Made by a program: the position numbers and the translations under genes. DNA of 64,000 nucleotides from Eremomyces bilateralis CBS 781.70 (lineage: Eukaryota): the NCBI GenBank assembly GCA_010015585.1, contig ML975152.1; one strand, written 5' to 3'. Numbering within the stretch: the stretch's first letter is position 1; the number at the start of each line of letters is the position of its first letter. This document shows, piece by piece, positions 40,295-49,627 of this stretch. Below the pieces are notes generated by a model that saw nothing but the letters and a program-made list of their open reading frames with translations, made no database searches and was not told the DNA's origin.

Positions 40295-43198
40295 TCAACC
40301 ATTCCATTTCACACGTTTGTCCTTAAACAAACTAACCATGCCAATGGGCAACAACGATGGATCAACAATCCGTAGCCCATCGAACTTCTTCACGAGATCT
40401 GGGCCATATGCCGCGGTGATCCATCTCCAGTAAGGTTCCATGTTATACCATTGAGTCGTGATCCCCCTCAAGTTCTGCTCGCCGCTCAGAGCGTTCAGTG
40501 CGCCGTAGATCACTTGTTCCGGCTCGATATTCTCGGGCTCTGGGCATTTCAAGAGCTTGTCAAATAGGTCGGACAACTGCCCGGGGAAGCGATAATCGAG
40601 ATCCTCACGGTACCTCGTATATTCCTCGAATGAGAGGAAGGATACCTCTCCACGGCTCTCATCATCACCTTCCTGTTGACGGCGCCTGGACTCCCATGTT
40701 TTTTGCGCCTTCTCGTATGCCTCTAATTCTTCTTCTCGTAACGTGGCAAACTCCTCTTCCAACGTTTCTCCAAGCTGGTCCTTCAATTGCACGGGTTCTA
40801 CAAACGGACTGAGCAACCCAAGCCCGCCTAGCTCCACGGGAAAGTAAATAAACGCGTCCGGAATCTCATCCCTGCTGACGCCAAACCGATCCTGCAGAAC
40901 GCCTTTCAAATACGCCGCTACAGAGCCATGGCTCTGAGAGAAGAGTTCCTGATGAATGCGCTGATGTGTGGCCAAAATCGACTTCACATGGGATTGTCCA
41001 AAGCAGTTCGCTGGTTTCCCGAAGTTCGACGCAAAAAAATTGATGGCGGAGATATTCCACGCTCGAATCCAGGAGAATATGGAGCCACGTGATTTGTTCT
41101 CGAGCTGCGAACGGAGCTCCGTAATTTGATTGTCCACAAGGGCTTGGTCGATCTCGAAACGGCCAGTTTCTGCAGACAGCTTGAGAAAGCCCCATCGAAT
41201 ATCGCCTCTGGGGAGGCGGGTGTCCCGGAGAAGCGAATCATCTGGATGCCTGCCAATCCTGACACATCCTGTCTTCTTTTTGTTCAAAGACGTCCCTGTC
41301 ACTCTTGTGAACGCTTCAACGGCCTGCCACGCTTCGACGCATTTATCTTGGTTGGGGGACCAAAACCAAAAGTCATCGGAAACCCGATGGAGCTGACCAC
41401 CGTCTGTCACTTGATTGATCGAAAAGTCTAGGGAGAATAAGAGAACCTCGCCGAACATGTCAGTCAACTCATGGTAGCCAGGGGCTCCTCGTCGCCGAAC
41501 GCGTGGCTCCGCAGCCGGATCATCGATGAACTTCAACGGAGCTTCAAGGAACTTTTGGAAAAAGTCGAGCCATTTTTGGGACACTCCAAACCATCGAAGA
41601 ACCGTGAGGATGGTGGAATGGGGGAGCAAGGGGTTCCATTGCTCGAAGATAGACCGGAAGACACTAAGTTCCCCGTGGATTTCCCTGGCGATGGCTACTT
41701 CCGTGGAGACCAAGTGCAGTAACCTCTGCTTCTTCAGCATAGGGCGTTTGGGTAAAGTTTCGTCATCGCTCTCGGCTTCGCTTTCAACCTCAATTTCTTC
41801 AGCGATAGAGGCTTCTAGATCCTGCCTGTCAGATGGCGCAATCTTCCGATGCCTTTTCGCCCTCCCTTGTGGTCTTCCGGCTCGCATAATTACTGTTTGC
41901 TTCTTGCGAGGGGGTGGAGGTTTATCATCGTCATCGTCGACATCGTCCAGCTCGGCTTCTTCATCGCCTTCTGCAGACTCTATCCGCTGATCCAGATAAT
42001 TGGGAAGGCCATAACTGAAGTATCCCTCTCGATGCAATGCACGTCTTTTCCAATTCAAAGTATGAACTGTCGCTCCACGCTCGGTGACCAAGGAGTTGCT
42101 CAACTTCTTTCTAAAAGACACGGGGATGTGTGTCCTTAGGGTTTTCCAGGCTTGCTTGTTTTTGCGGAACAAAATAAAGGCCTCTTTAAAGAAAACGGCC
42201 CATTTTCTTCCAATGTACTGTAGCAGAATCGCTTGCAGCAAGTCCTCGTGGAGATGGACACTATGTGCGCCTGTAACACTTCGACGTTGCTCGACGGGCA
42301 CAAATTCACCCCAATTCCACTCATTCAAGGCTGACAGGCGCAAGTTCAGAACGTCGGCGATTTCATTGAGGATGATATCATTGCCTAGAATATCTTTAAG
42401 GACTGAACGCTGGTCATCGTCGAGGAGGTCAGAGGTTGAAAGTCCTTCAATAGTCCATGTCAAAGTATCGACCGTGAACGGATTGGCAGAAGCCATGTCC
42501 CTTTCGAAAGTCTCAACCTGTAGCCTTAGGTTTTTTATAGCAACGCGAACCCCACCCTTATCTTCCTCGTTGACGCCAAATACCTTGCCAAGGTACAACT
42601 TGAGTGCGGCAACATCAATTTCCACGGGCTCGAATACGGACATCTCCCATTCCATGCGTGACTGAAGCTTCTTCGCGCCGGGGATTTCTTCGAAAACGCC
42701 CGACATCCCCACATCAGTCTCCGGCAAACTGTCTTTATTTTCTTCAGAAAGCCATTCAGTGACGAGCTCTCCATACAAAGTAGCATAGCGGTACTTCAGG
42801 GATTGGGTCTGCAGATATTGCCTCAGTTTGGCTTCCCACCGCGGGAGTACATGTGGCGCTGTTCCCGAGTCGAATCGAGCCTGCGTCAGAACCTTCTCAA
42901 GAATGATAAGATCTGTCTCGAGCTTGGGGATCTGAGTAGTGCCTCGGATCACTCTGCCTCGAAAGCCGTATGGCTGCTCATCCTGGCTCTTATCTCTGTA
43001 GGTAGTGGCATTGAAGCAGTCTTTTACACCATCTGAGAGAATCAGTAGTCTTGTCAAGGGATCTTTTTCGGCTGCGATGGCCGCCTCCAAGGCTTCATGT
43101 TTCTTTTCAAAACTAGATCGCTTCTTCGACAGCTCGTCGAGCTTTGCAGTCGTAATGGATTGCAAGGTTTCGGAGAAGACACTGCCTGAGTGTGTCAT
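40295..43198 (-). CDS. rvt: Stand-alone cellular reverse-transcriptase-related protein (rvt class), 967 aa, intronless
   Basis: N-terminal coiled coil (TLQSITTAKLDELSKKR), HEDLLQAILLQYIG, acidic insertion loop, FRSIFEQWNPLLPH (motif A region), RRRGAPGYHELTDMFGE (motif B), LHRVSDDFWFW (motif C), LNKKKTG, IRWGFL, thumb FIYFPVELGGLGL; no LTR, gag, endonuclease or poly(A) tail seen. Confidence 0.85.
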   Translation of the reverse strand: MTHSGSVFSETLQSITTAKLDELSKKRSSFEKKHEALEAAIAAEKDPLTRLLILSDGVKDCFNATTYRDKSQDEQPYGFRGRVIRGTTQIPKLETDLIILEKVLTQARFDSGTAPHVLPRWEAKLRQYLQTQSLKYRYATLYGELVTEWLSEENKDSLPETDVGMSGVFEEIPGAKKLQSRMEWEMSVFEPVEIDVAALKLYLGKVFGVNEEDKGGVRVAIKNLRLQVETFERDMASANPFTVDTLTWTIEGLSTSDLLDDDQRSVLKDILGNDIILNEIADVLNLRLSALNEWNWGEFVPVEQRRSVTGAHSVHLHEDLLQAILLQYIGRKWAVFFKEAFILFRKNKQAWKTLRTHIPVSFRKKLSNSLVTERGATVHTLNWKRRALHREGYFSYGLPNYLDQRIESAEGDEEAELDDVDDDDDKPPPPRKKQTVIMRAGRPQGRAKRHRKIAPSDRQDLEASIAEEIEVESEAESDDETLPKRPMLKKQRLLHLVSTEVAIAREIHGELSVFRSIFEQWNPLLPHSTILTVLRWFGVSQKWLDFFQKFLEAPLKFIDDPAAEPRVRRRGAPGYHELTDMFGEVLLFSLDFSINQVTDGGQLHRVSDDFWFWSPNQDKCVEAWQAVEAFTRVTGTSLNKKKTGCVRIGRHPDDSLLRDTRLPRGDIRWGFLKLSAETGRFEIDQALVDNQITELRSQLENKSRGSIFSWIRAWNISAINFFASNFGKPANCFGQSHVKSILATHQRIHQELFSQSHGSVAAYLKGVLQDRFGVSRDEIPDAFIYFPVELGGLGLLSPFVEPVQLKDQLGETLEEEFATLREEELEAYEKAQKTWESRRRQQEGDDESRGEVSFLSFEEYTRYREDLDYRFPGQLSDLFDKLLKCPEPENIEPEQVIYGALNALSGEQNLRGITTQWYNMEPYWRWITAAYGPDLVKKFDGLRIVDPSLLPIGMVSLFKDKRVKWNG

Positions 43199-43320
43199 TC
43201 TTGCTAAGTCAAATCGAACTGAATTCTGGCGTCAGCAATATTGAATTTGTTTAACTTGTTGCGATACATCGCATGTTGCGGAATGATATAAGATTCCCGA
43301 GCAAGGAAAAGGAGTGGCTC

Positions 43321-43327
43321 TTTTATA
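43321..43327 (-). promoter_or_regulatory. TATA box of rvt
   Basis: TATAAAA on the minus strand about 125 bp upstream of the rvt ATG. Confidence 0.55.
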
Positions 43328-44008
43328 TCGGTATCCATGCTTACAGGCAGCAACGCGGTCGGTTCAGGGGTTGTCAGTTGTGACAGGGGTTCAAATCCTT
43401 CTCCATCATATTACATCTCACACCTGACATCATTGACAGTGCATGGGCTGGACATGGAAATCTTTCTTCCTTGCTGTACCAATATTACTCTTGCAGGCCA
43501 TCCGGAGGGAGGACATTGATAGTCCTGAAGCAGATCACCGGAGCATCGAAAACTCTCAAGCTTTAAGTCCGTTCGCCTTGTGCTGCCCCTAAATGTGAAA
43601 TACCGTCTTCCCCTCCCTTTCATTCGGTGAGACAAATATTATGACTCTCGGTTAAGGAAGGCTGGGGGAGGACGATCTCCTCCACCCGGCCTAATGTTAA
43701 GCCATACCACCTTTTGGAACCGCGGTTGACTTGAGATAGGCAAGCAAATAGATGTGTCGATGGAGGTGTTGGACAGGATGGATGTGAGAGTCCAATCCCG
43801 TCAAATGGAATACAGAACGAGACCACAGCAGGATTACTATTGTTAAGTGAGAGAGGTGAATTGAAAGCTGAAGCCACAAGACCAAAATTTCAGCCGATTT
43901 CTAATACAGTACCTCATTATTTCATTCATAACACAAGAAGCGACAAGTATATAAGACTTCCACCATCCCTTTCAACTTCAAACCTTCGAAACATTCAAAT
44001 CGTCCAAG

Positions 44009-44179
44009 ATGCATCCTTACACTCAATTCCTCAAGCCTACCCACTGGATCGGCCGGAGCATTAATCGGAGCTTGAATGTTGCGATGCTCTTCGATCAGAT
44101 TAAATCGACGCTTGAGCTGGAGCCAGAGGCGTTAGAATCGCTAAGATTCATGTTATTCAGATTTAATGGTCCCGAGTAG
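44009..44179 (+). other. Candidate small ORF (56 aa) or truncated gene divergent from rvt
   Basis: TATATAA 43948-43954, C/A/T-rich leader, CAAGATG start context, open frame MHPYTQFLKPTHWIGRSINRSLNVAMLFDQIKSTLELEPEALESLRFMLFRFNGPE*. Confidence 0.3.
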
Positions 44180-44794
44180 CACCATCACCAAGAGCCTATA
44201 CAGCTGCTCTCGGCATACGGATCGGACATGACTGAGTTGACAGCATGATTCCAATACTAAGAGACTGTACGGGAGGTAGCAATAGTCAAATGCAAAGGAT
44301 TCGTCCATTGTCCCGAGTGAAGGTGTTCTTCCAGTGTATAAAGGAACAGTAGCAAAACAATTAAGTAGCATAGAGAGTGCAGAACTCTCCGTTTGGCTGT
44401 GCACCACTATTGGGAACTTTTGGCCGACTTGTTAGATTATGGGTTCTGGTGAGCTTCCTACAGTGTACTGAGTTGGACCTTTTATAGACCAGTCACACTA
44501 TCTAGAGTCGAATCAGCCTAGACTTAATATCAAACTCAACTTCAGCGCGGAGTGGCAATACTCACAGGTCACAACGTGTTCTTCAGTTTTTGGCCTCCTT
44601 CCCGTCCGTGGTCAACAGTCGTGACTCGTATATCTTGCAAACGAGCCCACGTCAATCACAGCAGTACCAAATATGCTCTAAGGCAACGCCACATGCAGTT
44701 CTGACATCTTGAGCCCAGTAACTGAATAATGTCTAGTCGTTGTGTGATTGCTGCTTGGATCAACGAGAATCCCCTGATACCGTTCCCCACGGTA

Positions 44795-46693
44795 TCAATC
44801 AGTCTCCAGTCCCCTTAGTACTGAGAAGTAACCAGTCCCATTTTGCGTTGCTGCCTTTTTAGACAGCCCTTCTTCTTTGGCATGACTTGATTGACCTTTT
44901 GCCTTCCTCTTCCTTTTCGTTTTCGTGCTCGCCTCATTTTTTTGGATGACATCACTAAACTTTAGTTCTAGCCATCCCAGGACTTCTTCCACCACCCCAT
45001 CCTCCGCGGCAGCATCGTCGAAGAATTCCACAACTCCAGGAAGCAGACTGAGCTCACGCTCCAGCTTCCCCACCATCTCCAGAGGCTCTGCGGACACTGA
45101 ACGCAGGAATCGGATGGTTTGAAGCAACATCCGTAAGGAACACCAGATGCCTTGCAATTGGGCAGAGAAGTGGATATAAGGCCACTCAGTGCGCCGCCCG
45201 TCGGAGCGATGGATCCAGTGACCCTTGAGAAATTCCTTTACGTCAAAGCTGAAAATAACGTTCGTCGAGGAGCCCGATAGCAATGGCAACAGAAGAAATA
45301 GGACGATCGCTCGCCATCGGAGAGTCGTTGGTAGTTGAGGCATGCCTGAATCAGCGGATAACCCGCTCAATAGGTCTAACTCTTCGGTAATGCGTTGTCT
45401 CAAGTCGATCGGGGAGAGATGAGGTACAGCGACCGGAACCACACGATGACCTCGACGTGTCAATTCGATAGTGTGCGGCGAAGAATGTTTACTTAGGCTT
45501 TCCGAGACCAGCGTGTATGACACCTGGCGGATGTGAATGCTCTGATCCCATGCTGTCGACCGTGATGGATCTTCAATCAATACCGGAAGATATATTGTTG
45601 GAACAACATGCTCCCTCGACGTGCCACTAAGTTGGGAGCACAGATACTCGGAGACTGTGGTATCACAGTGCTGGAGAGACTTGATCTCTGATGAGCTCAC
45701 TTCCGGAAAGGGCTGGGAGTCGTACTCCTCTAGGAATCCCTGATATGCTTGATCCGTCATTTCAAGGCTCTTCGCCGCTTCGATGCAGGCGGAAACGGAA
45801 GCTTTTCGGCCTAGTTTTCGCACGCAGAAGCCAAAGGGGAGCAAAGATCGCAGTTGGAAACGCGCCGCAATTGTAGAAGGACTGAAGATTGTTGACTTGA
45901 GCATAAACCGCACTTGCGAACCGGACGATGACTGCTCGATTGCAATGGACTTGAATGACATGACTGATCCGGTTGTACCAAGATCATGTACAAGCAGGTC
46001 GCCATCACTGGAGAGGACAATCGCGTTCATATGACGCTTAGTGAGTTCAGCGCAAACCGTATCCGCTTCTCCTGATACGATGGAAACAGTGTGGCCAAAT
46101 CTAGATCTCAGCAGCCCTTCGACAACAGCAGCGGTCAAAAAAGGAACCGTCGGCATTTCCGAGCTCGACTGCGCGCTCTGGCATGATCTTAACAGGAGAA
46201 ACAGACTGCCGTCATCACCAAAGCTATCACCAAGCCTAGAAACTTGATCCTGAGCGCCCTCGAAGCCCGTCCCCAGCCCAGCCTTCCACGCCAACAACGT
46301 GGCCACCTTCATCTCCAGCCGCCCCATTCTCGTCTCGATCTTCCAGTCCGGCAGCGCTCCATCGAACACGATGGCTACTACACGCAGTCCAAAACGCTCT
46401 AACTGGTCGAGCCACGCGACAGCGGCACGGGCGAGGTCGCCATAGTGTGGAATGGCGGCTTGCGAGCGCGGCCGCACGATTCCCCCGCATGTGTGGTGGA
46501 TGTGATATGCGAAGGAAGGACCATCCAAGATTATCGGCCGATTCGAGTTAGTATTTGAGACCGATGGTTTCGATGTTGTGGGAGTGGGAGCTCCTGGTTC
46601 GTCGGCGGAGGTTGTATTGGACGGGGGGGAGAACTCTGCGATAAAAGGAGCGCCATACGGCTGCAGGAGATGATGAAGACGTGCGATGCCCAT
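44795..46693 (-). CDS. Asteroid/XPG-like PIN-domain structure-specific nuclease
   Basis: MGIARL N-terminus, IILDGPSFAYH, VFDGALP..K...R..R, GEADTVCA, VLSSDGDLLVHD; acidic active-site residues appear retained; basic C-terminal tail KTKRKRK. Confidence 0.85.
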   Translation of the reverse strand: MGIARLHHLLQPYGAPFIAEFSPPSNTTSADEPGAPTPTTSKPSVSNTNSNRPIILDGPSFAYHIHHTCGGIVRPRSQAAIPHYGDLARAAVAWLDQLERFGLRVVAIVFDGALPDWKIETRMGRLEMKVATLLAWKAGLGTGFEGAQDQVSRLGDSFGDDGSLFLLLRSCQSAQSSSEMPTVPFLTAAVVEGLLRSRFGHTVSIVSGEADTVCAELTKRHMNAIVLSSDGDLLVHDLGTTGSVMSFKSIAIEQSSSGSQVRFMLKSTIFSPSTIAARFQLRSLLPFGFCVRKLGRKASVSACIEAAKSLEMTDQAYQGFLEEYDSQPFPEVSSSEIKSLQHCDTTVSEYLCSQLSGTSREHVVPTIYLPVLIEDPSRSTAWDQSIHIRQVSYTLVSESLSKHSSPHTIELTRRGHRVVPVAVPHLSPIDLRQRITEELDLLSGLSADSGMPQLPTTLRWRAIVLFLLLPLLSGSSTNVIFSFDVKEFLKGHWIHRSDGRRTEWPYIHFSAQLQGIWCSLRMLLQTIRFLRSVSAEPLEMVGKLERELSLLPGVVEFFDDAAAEDGVVEEVLGWLELKFSDVIQKNEASTKTKRKRKAKGQSSHAKEEGLSKKAATQNGTGYFSVLRGLETD

Positions 46694-47241
46694 TGGCAGC
46701 CTAATTGATTTTTAAATTTGACGCTTCAAATCAATGACGGATGGATCCAGATATTGCTTCCTGGTTGTTATGTGGTCTAAAGCATTGTACGATATTGCAC
46801 GTTGGGAAGAGACTGCAATGCTAGAAATATTGGTGAAAGTGGTGAAAAGGACTTGTTGAGAAGAATGGGAGGCTCTACGCCGTCTGCCTCCGACTATATA
46901 CCGATCGTTCCGCTTGTTCGATGATGAAAAAGGATGCAGCCCGCGCAGCATTTTCGATGTCGTGAACTGGTATAGATTTAAATCAGAACCTTAGCTTGAT
47001 AAAGGAAACCCATTATCATGATCAAAATTCACCCATGCCTGAGAGTTACCACTTGCCAGATGCATGGTGGTTGTTGTCCCGTGTGCAAGCGTCACACGTA
47101 TCACGTTCAATATGAGGAAGCATACAGAGTATTTGTAGAGACAATTGGTGAAAACAATTTGTAAAGAGAATTAAACTTATTCCTCCTCCATATAGTTAAC
47201 TAGCTCAATAACTAAGTAGTTACAGAGTTGTGTGCTAATTA

Positions 47242-49049
47242 AGACAAAGCACCCAGTTTCCGGCCACCACAAATACATTTTATCGACGTATTGCCCTAGA
47301 GTTACACAAATAGAACAGCCACCATATATATTTCTATATATCTGGTTGAAATTCAGGACGTAAGTGCTCGAATCCAGTCTGATTTACATGCCCTGAAGCC
47401 CTCTCCGCCTTTTCCGCAGCCTTCCGCTCCGCATCTTTGGCCGCCCCTTGCGCTGCAACGATTTGCTCAACTCTAGCAAATCTTTCGTTTAAATTAGGCT
47501 GGACTCTTCCCTTTCCTCGTAGTCAAACCACCTAGATCTTGAACGGTTTTTTCAAGTCGTAAAACTTGTGCTTTTAGTGCAGCGATTTCGGTATTCTTCT
47601 CCGCCAGAGACTTGGGCAACTTCCCCTGAAATCCCCTGAAATCTCGAGTGGTCATCTCCTCATACTTTTGCCCCGCGTATACGTCTTTCGGGCCTTTTGG
47701 TGTGTTATATGTATAACTAATAGGCCCTGGGATTACATGAAGTTGCTGCACGGTATGATCTTCATTTAACTGGGTGCTATTTAATACTTTGTGTAGGTTA
47801 AAAGGATTGATTCCGGGGCCCCTGAGCCCGGTACGAAATATTTATGGCCTGTCAATGCTCCAATTCTTGATTTATAGTAAATATTTATAAAATCATGCGT
47901 CTTTGACTGGCGCAGAGTCATCTAGGGAGCTCAATTAGCTCAATTCCGTATGATATTTATTCTTCAGGGGCGAGAAACAGGATACATCCAGGGGCTGGAG
48001 CAAATGAGAGCAATGGGGAGGGAGATATAGAAGAAGTACCTGGTTGCCTTTACACAACTTCACAAACTCGACAGTTGCATGGGAGCCATGTCCGTCGCAT
48101 ATCAGAAGGCGCCATTCGTCTGTTTTGCCCTTAGGCTTGGTCTCCGGGAGAAAGTCCTTTTCAGTCATTTTAGGCCAATTTCGTTTAATGCCCACGCATT
48201 CTCCGATGTTGTCCAATGCCAGTCCTTTACGCTAGAAGGACCCATAGGAAACCACGTAGATTATAGGCTCTGGCCCTTGAAAATTACCGAAGGGGAAATG
48301 GCACGGCCGATTGCAGAAATAGTTTCAATTAGGGAGACCCCATTCGCGTTCTTCAGGAGATTGGCTTAGGTTTTCATCCTATTGTTCTTCTGGGACGGTG
48401 CTAATACGCGCCCGTTTGTGCCACACCCAAGGGCGAGGCCAAGTTCGTCGAAATTCCAGATATTCTCCGTCTTGATCTTATACTCCACGATCAAGCTCGG
48501 AAAACGGCGAACCAATGATCTCTTTGGTCGAGCAATTGACGCATGATGCTTCGATTGATTTTCCCATCATTGATTTTATATGGGGATTTCGCTTTAGGAA
48601 TCCATCTATCCAGTTTTACCCGAAGGGGTAGGGTCGCCATTCTCTCAGGCTATTGCTTCGGCCATTTGGCGTACTCTGGCGTGGGAGGGAGCATTCGCGG
48701 CGCGATTTTCCCGAGGTTATCCAATCAGCTAATACTGTTCCTGTATAGGAGACAATTTTTTGGAGCTTCTGTGCCCCGGTTTGATGCGATTCGTGGCGGT
48801 CCTGGAAGCGTTTCTGGAGGATAGAGTACATGTGTATTTCTCCGCGCATTTCCGAATCAAATCGATTTCCCTAGATTTATATGCTTAAATAGTGAGTAGA
48901 AGGGCTTCTTCATTCAATTGAGGCACATTGGCAACAAATTTCACGGAAAATTGGTACAATTGCGCTTATTCCATTGGTATATCCAACTCCAGATTGAAGG
49001 CGTTGAAGTGGCTCAAAAGTGGGGTGGCTCAAATCTGGGGGTGCTGTCT
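47242..49049 (-). mobile_element. Decayed Fot1/pogo-family (Tc1-mariner) DNA transposon, 1808 bp
   Basis: TA on both flanks (47240-41, 49050-51); imperfect TIRs AGACAAAGCACCCAGTTTCCGGCCACCACA vs AGACAGCACCCCCAGATTTGAGCCACCCCA (21/30 identical ungapped); subterminal repeat GTGGCTCAAA at 49008 and 49024. Confidence 0.85.
47400..48930 (-). pseudogene. DDE transposase pseudogene (boundaries approximate)
   Basis: HTH-like remnants (IRKCAEKY, RVRQMAE, NWIDGFLKRNP), IWNFDE near 48450, LICDGHGSH...LLQPLD with 35 residues between the Asps; in-frame stops at 48885, 48645, 48616 and several frameshifts. Confidence 0.88.
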
Positions 49050-49627
49050 TATGGGAAGAACGAAGAAGAAAGAACTAGAAAAGGACTGAAAGGACTACCA
49101 TAGATTATATCGAATAATAAGGAAAGAGGGCATATTGAAAGGTTTCAGACTGCCAGATACGCAATGACTCTATTAATCTAAACTTACCGAAAGAAGAGAG
49201 GAGAGAAAGTCTGCTTGTACGCAGATGCGCAAGATATAATCCAGTTTCCAGAATTCAACACGCGTGACCATTTCCTGTGATAATCCATCTAGCCACACCG
49301 GTAGCGGCAGCTGCTAGACATCCCCCCAGGGGAGCAGACCACAGGCGTGGAACTATGCAGAATGTAGAAGCAAGGACTGGAAAAGGACTATAGAAAAGGA
49401 CTACAGATCTGATAATAAGGCTAAAGGCTGAATATGATCCCTATTCATTATGATAGCCAATCCAATGTTGGCTCGGCAGTCCCCTATGTGGGAAGTCTAC
49501 CAGAATACTCATACACCGACCCAAGATGCTACAGATTTGAACTCCCCATGCTCCCCCGAACCTCTAGAAGATTTCGTATATCGAAGCGTACCACATCCAA
49601 AAACTCCGGCGACAAGGCCGGAAGATC

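Noticed and set aside
40295..43198. LINE/LTR retrotransposon or telomerase interpretation of the RT ORF
   Set aside because: No retroelement accessory domains or terminal structures and no telomerase T motif seen; architecture fits rvt
43360..43405. GGTTCAAATCC resembling a tRNA T-loop/B-box with a nearby hairpin
   Set aside because: T stem is weak, arm spacing is wrong, and I could not build an acceptor stem or D arm
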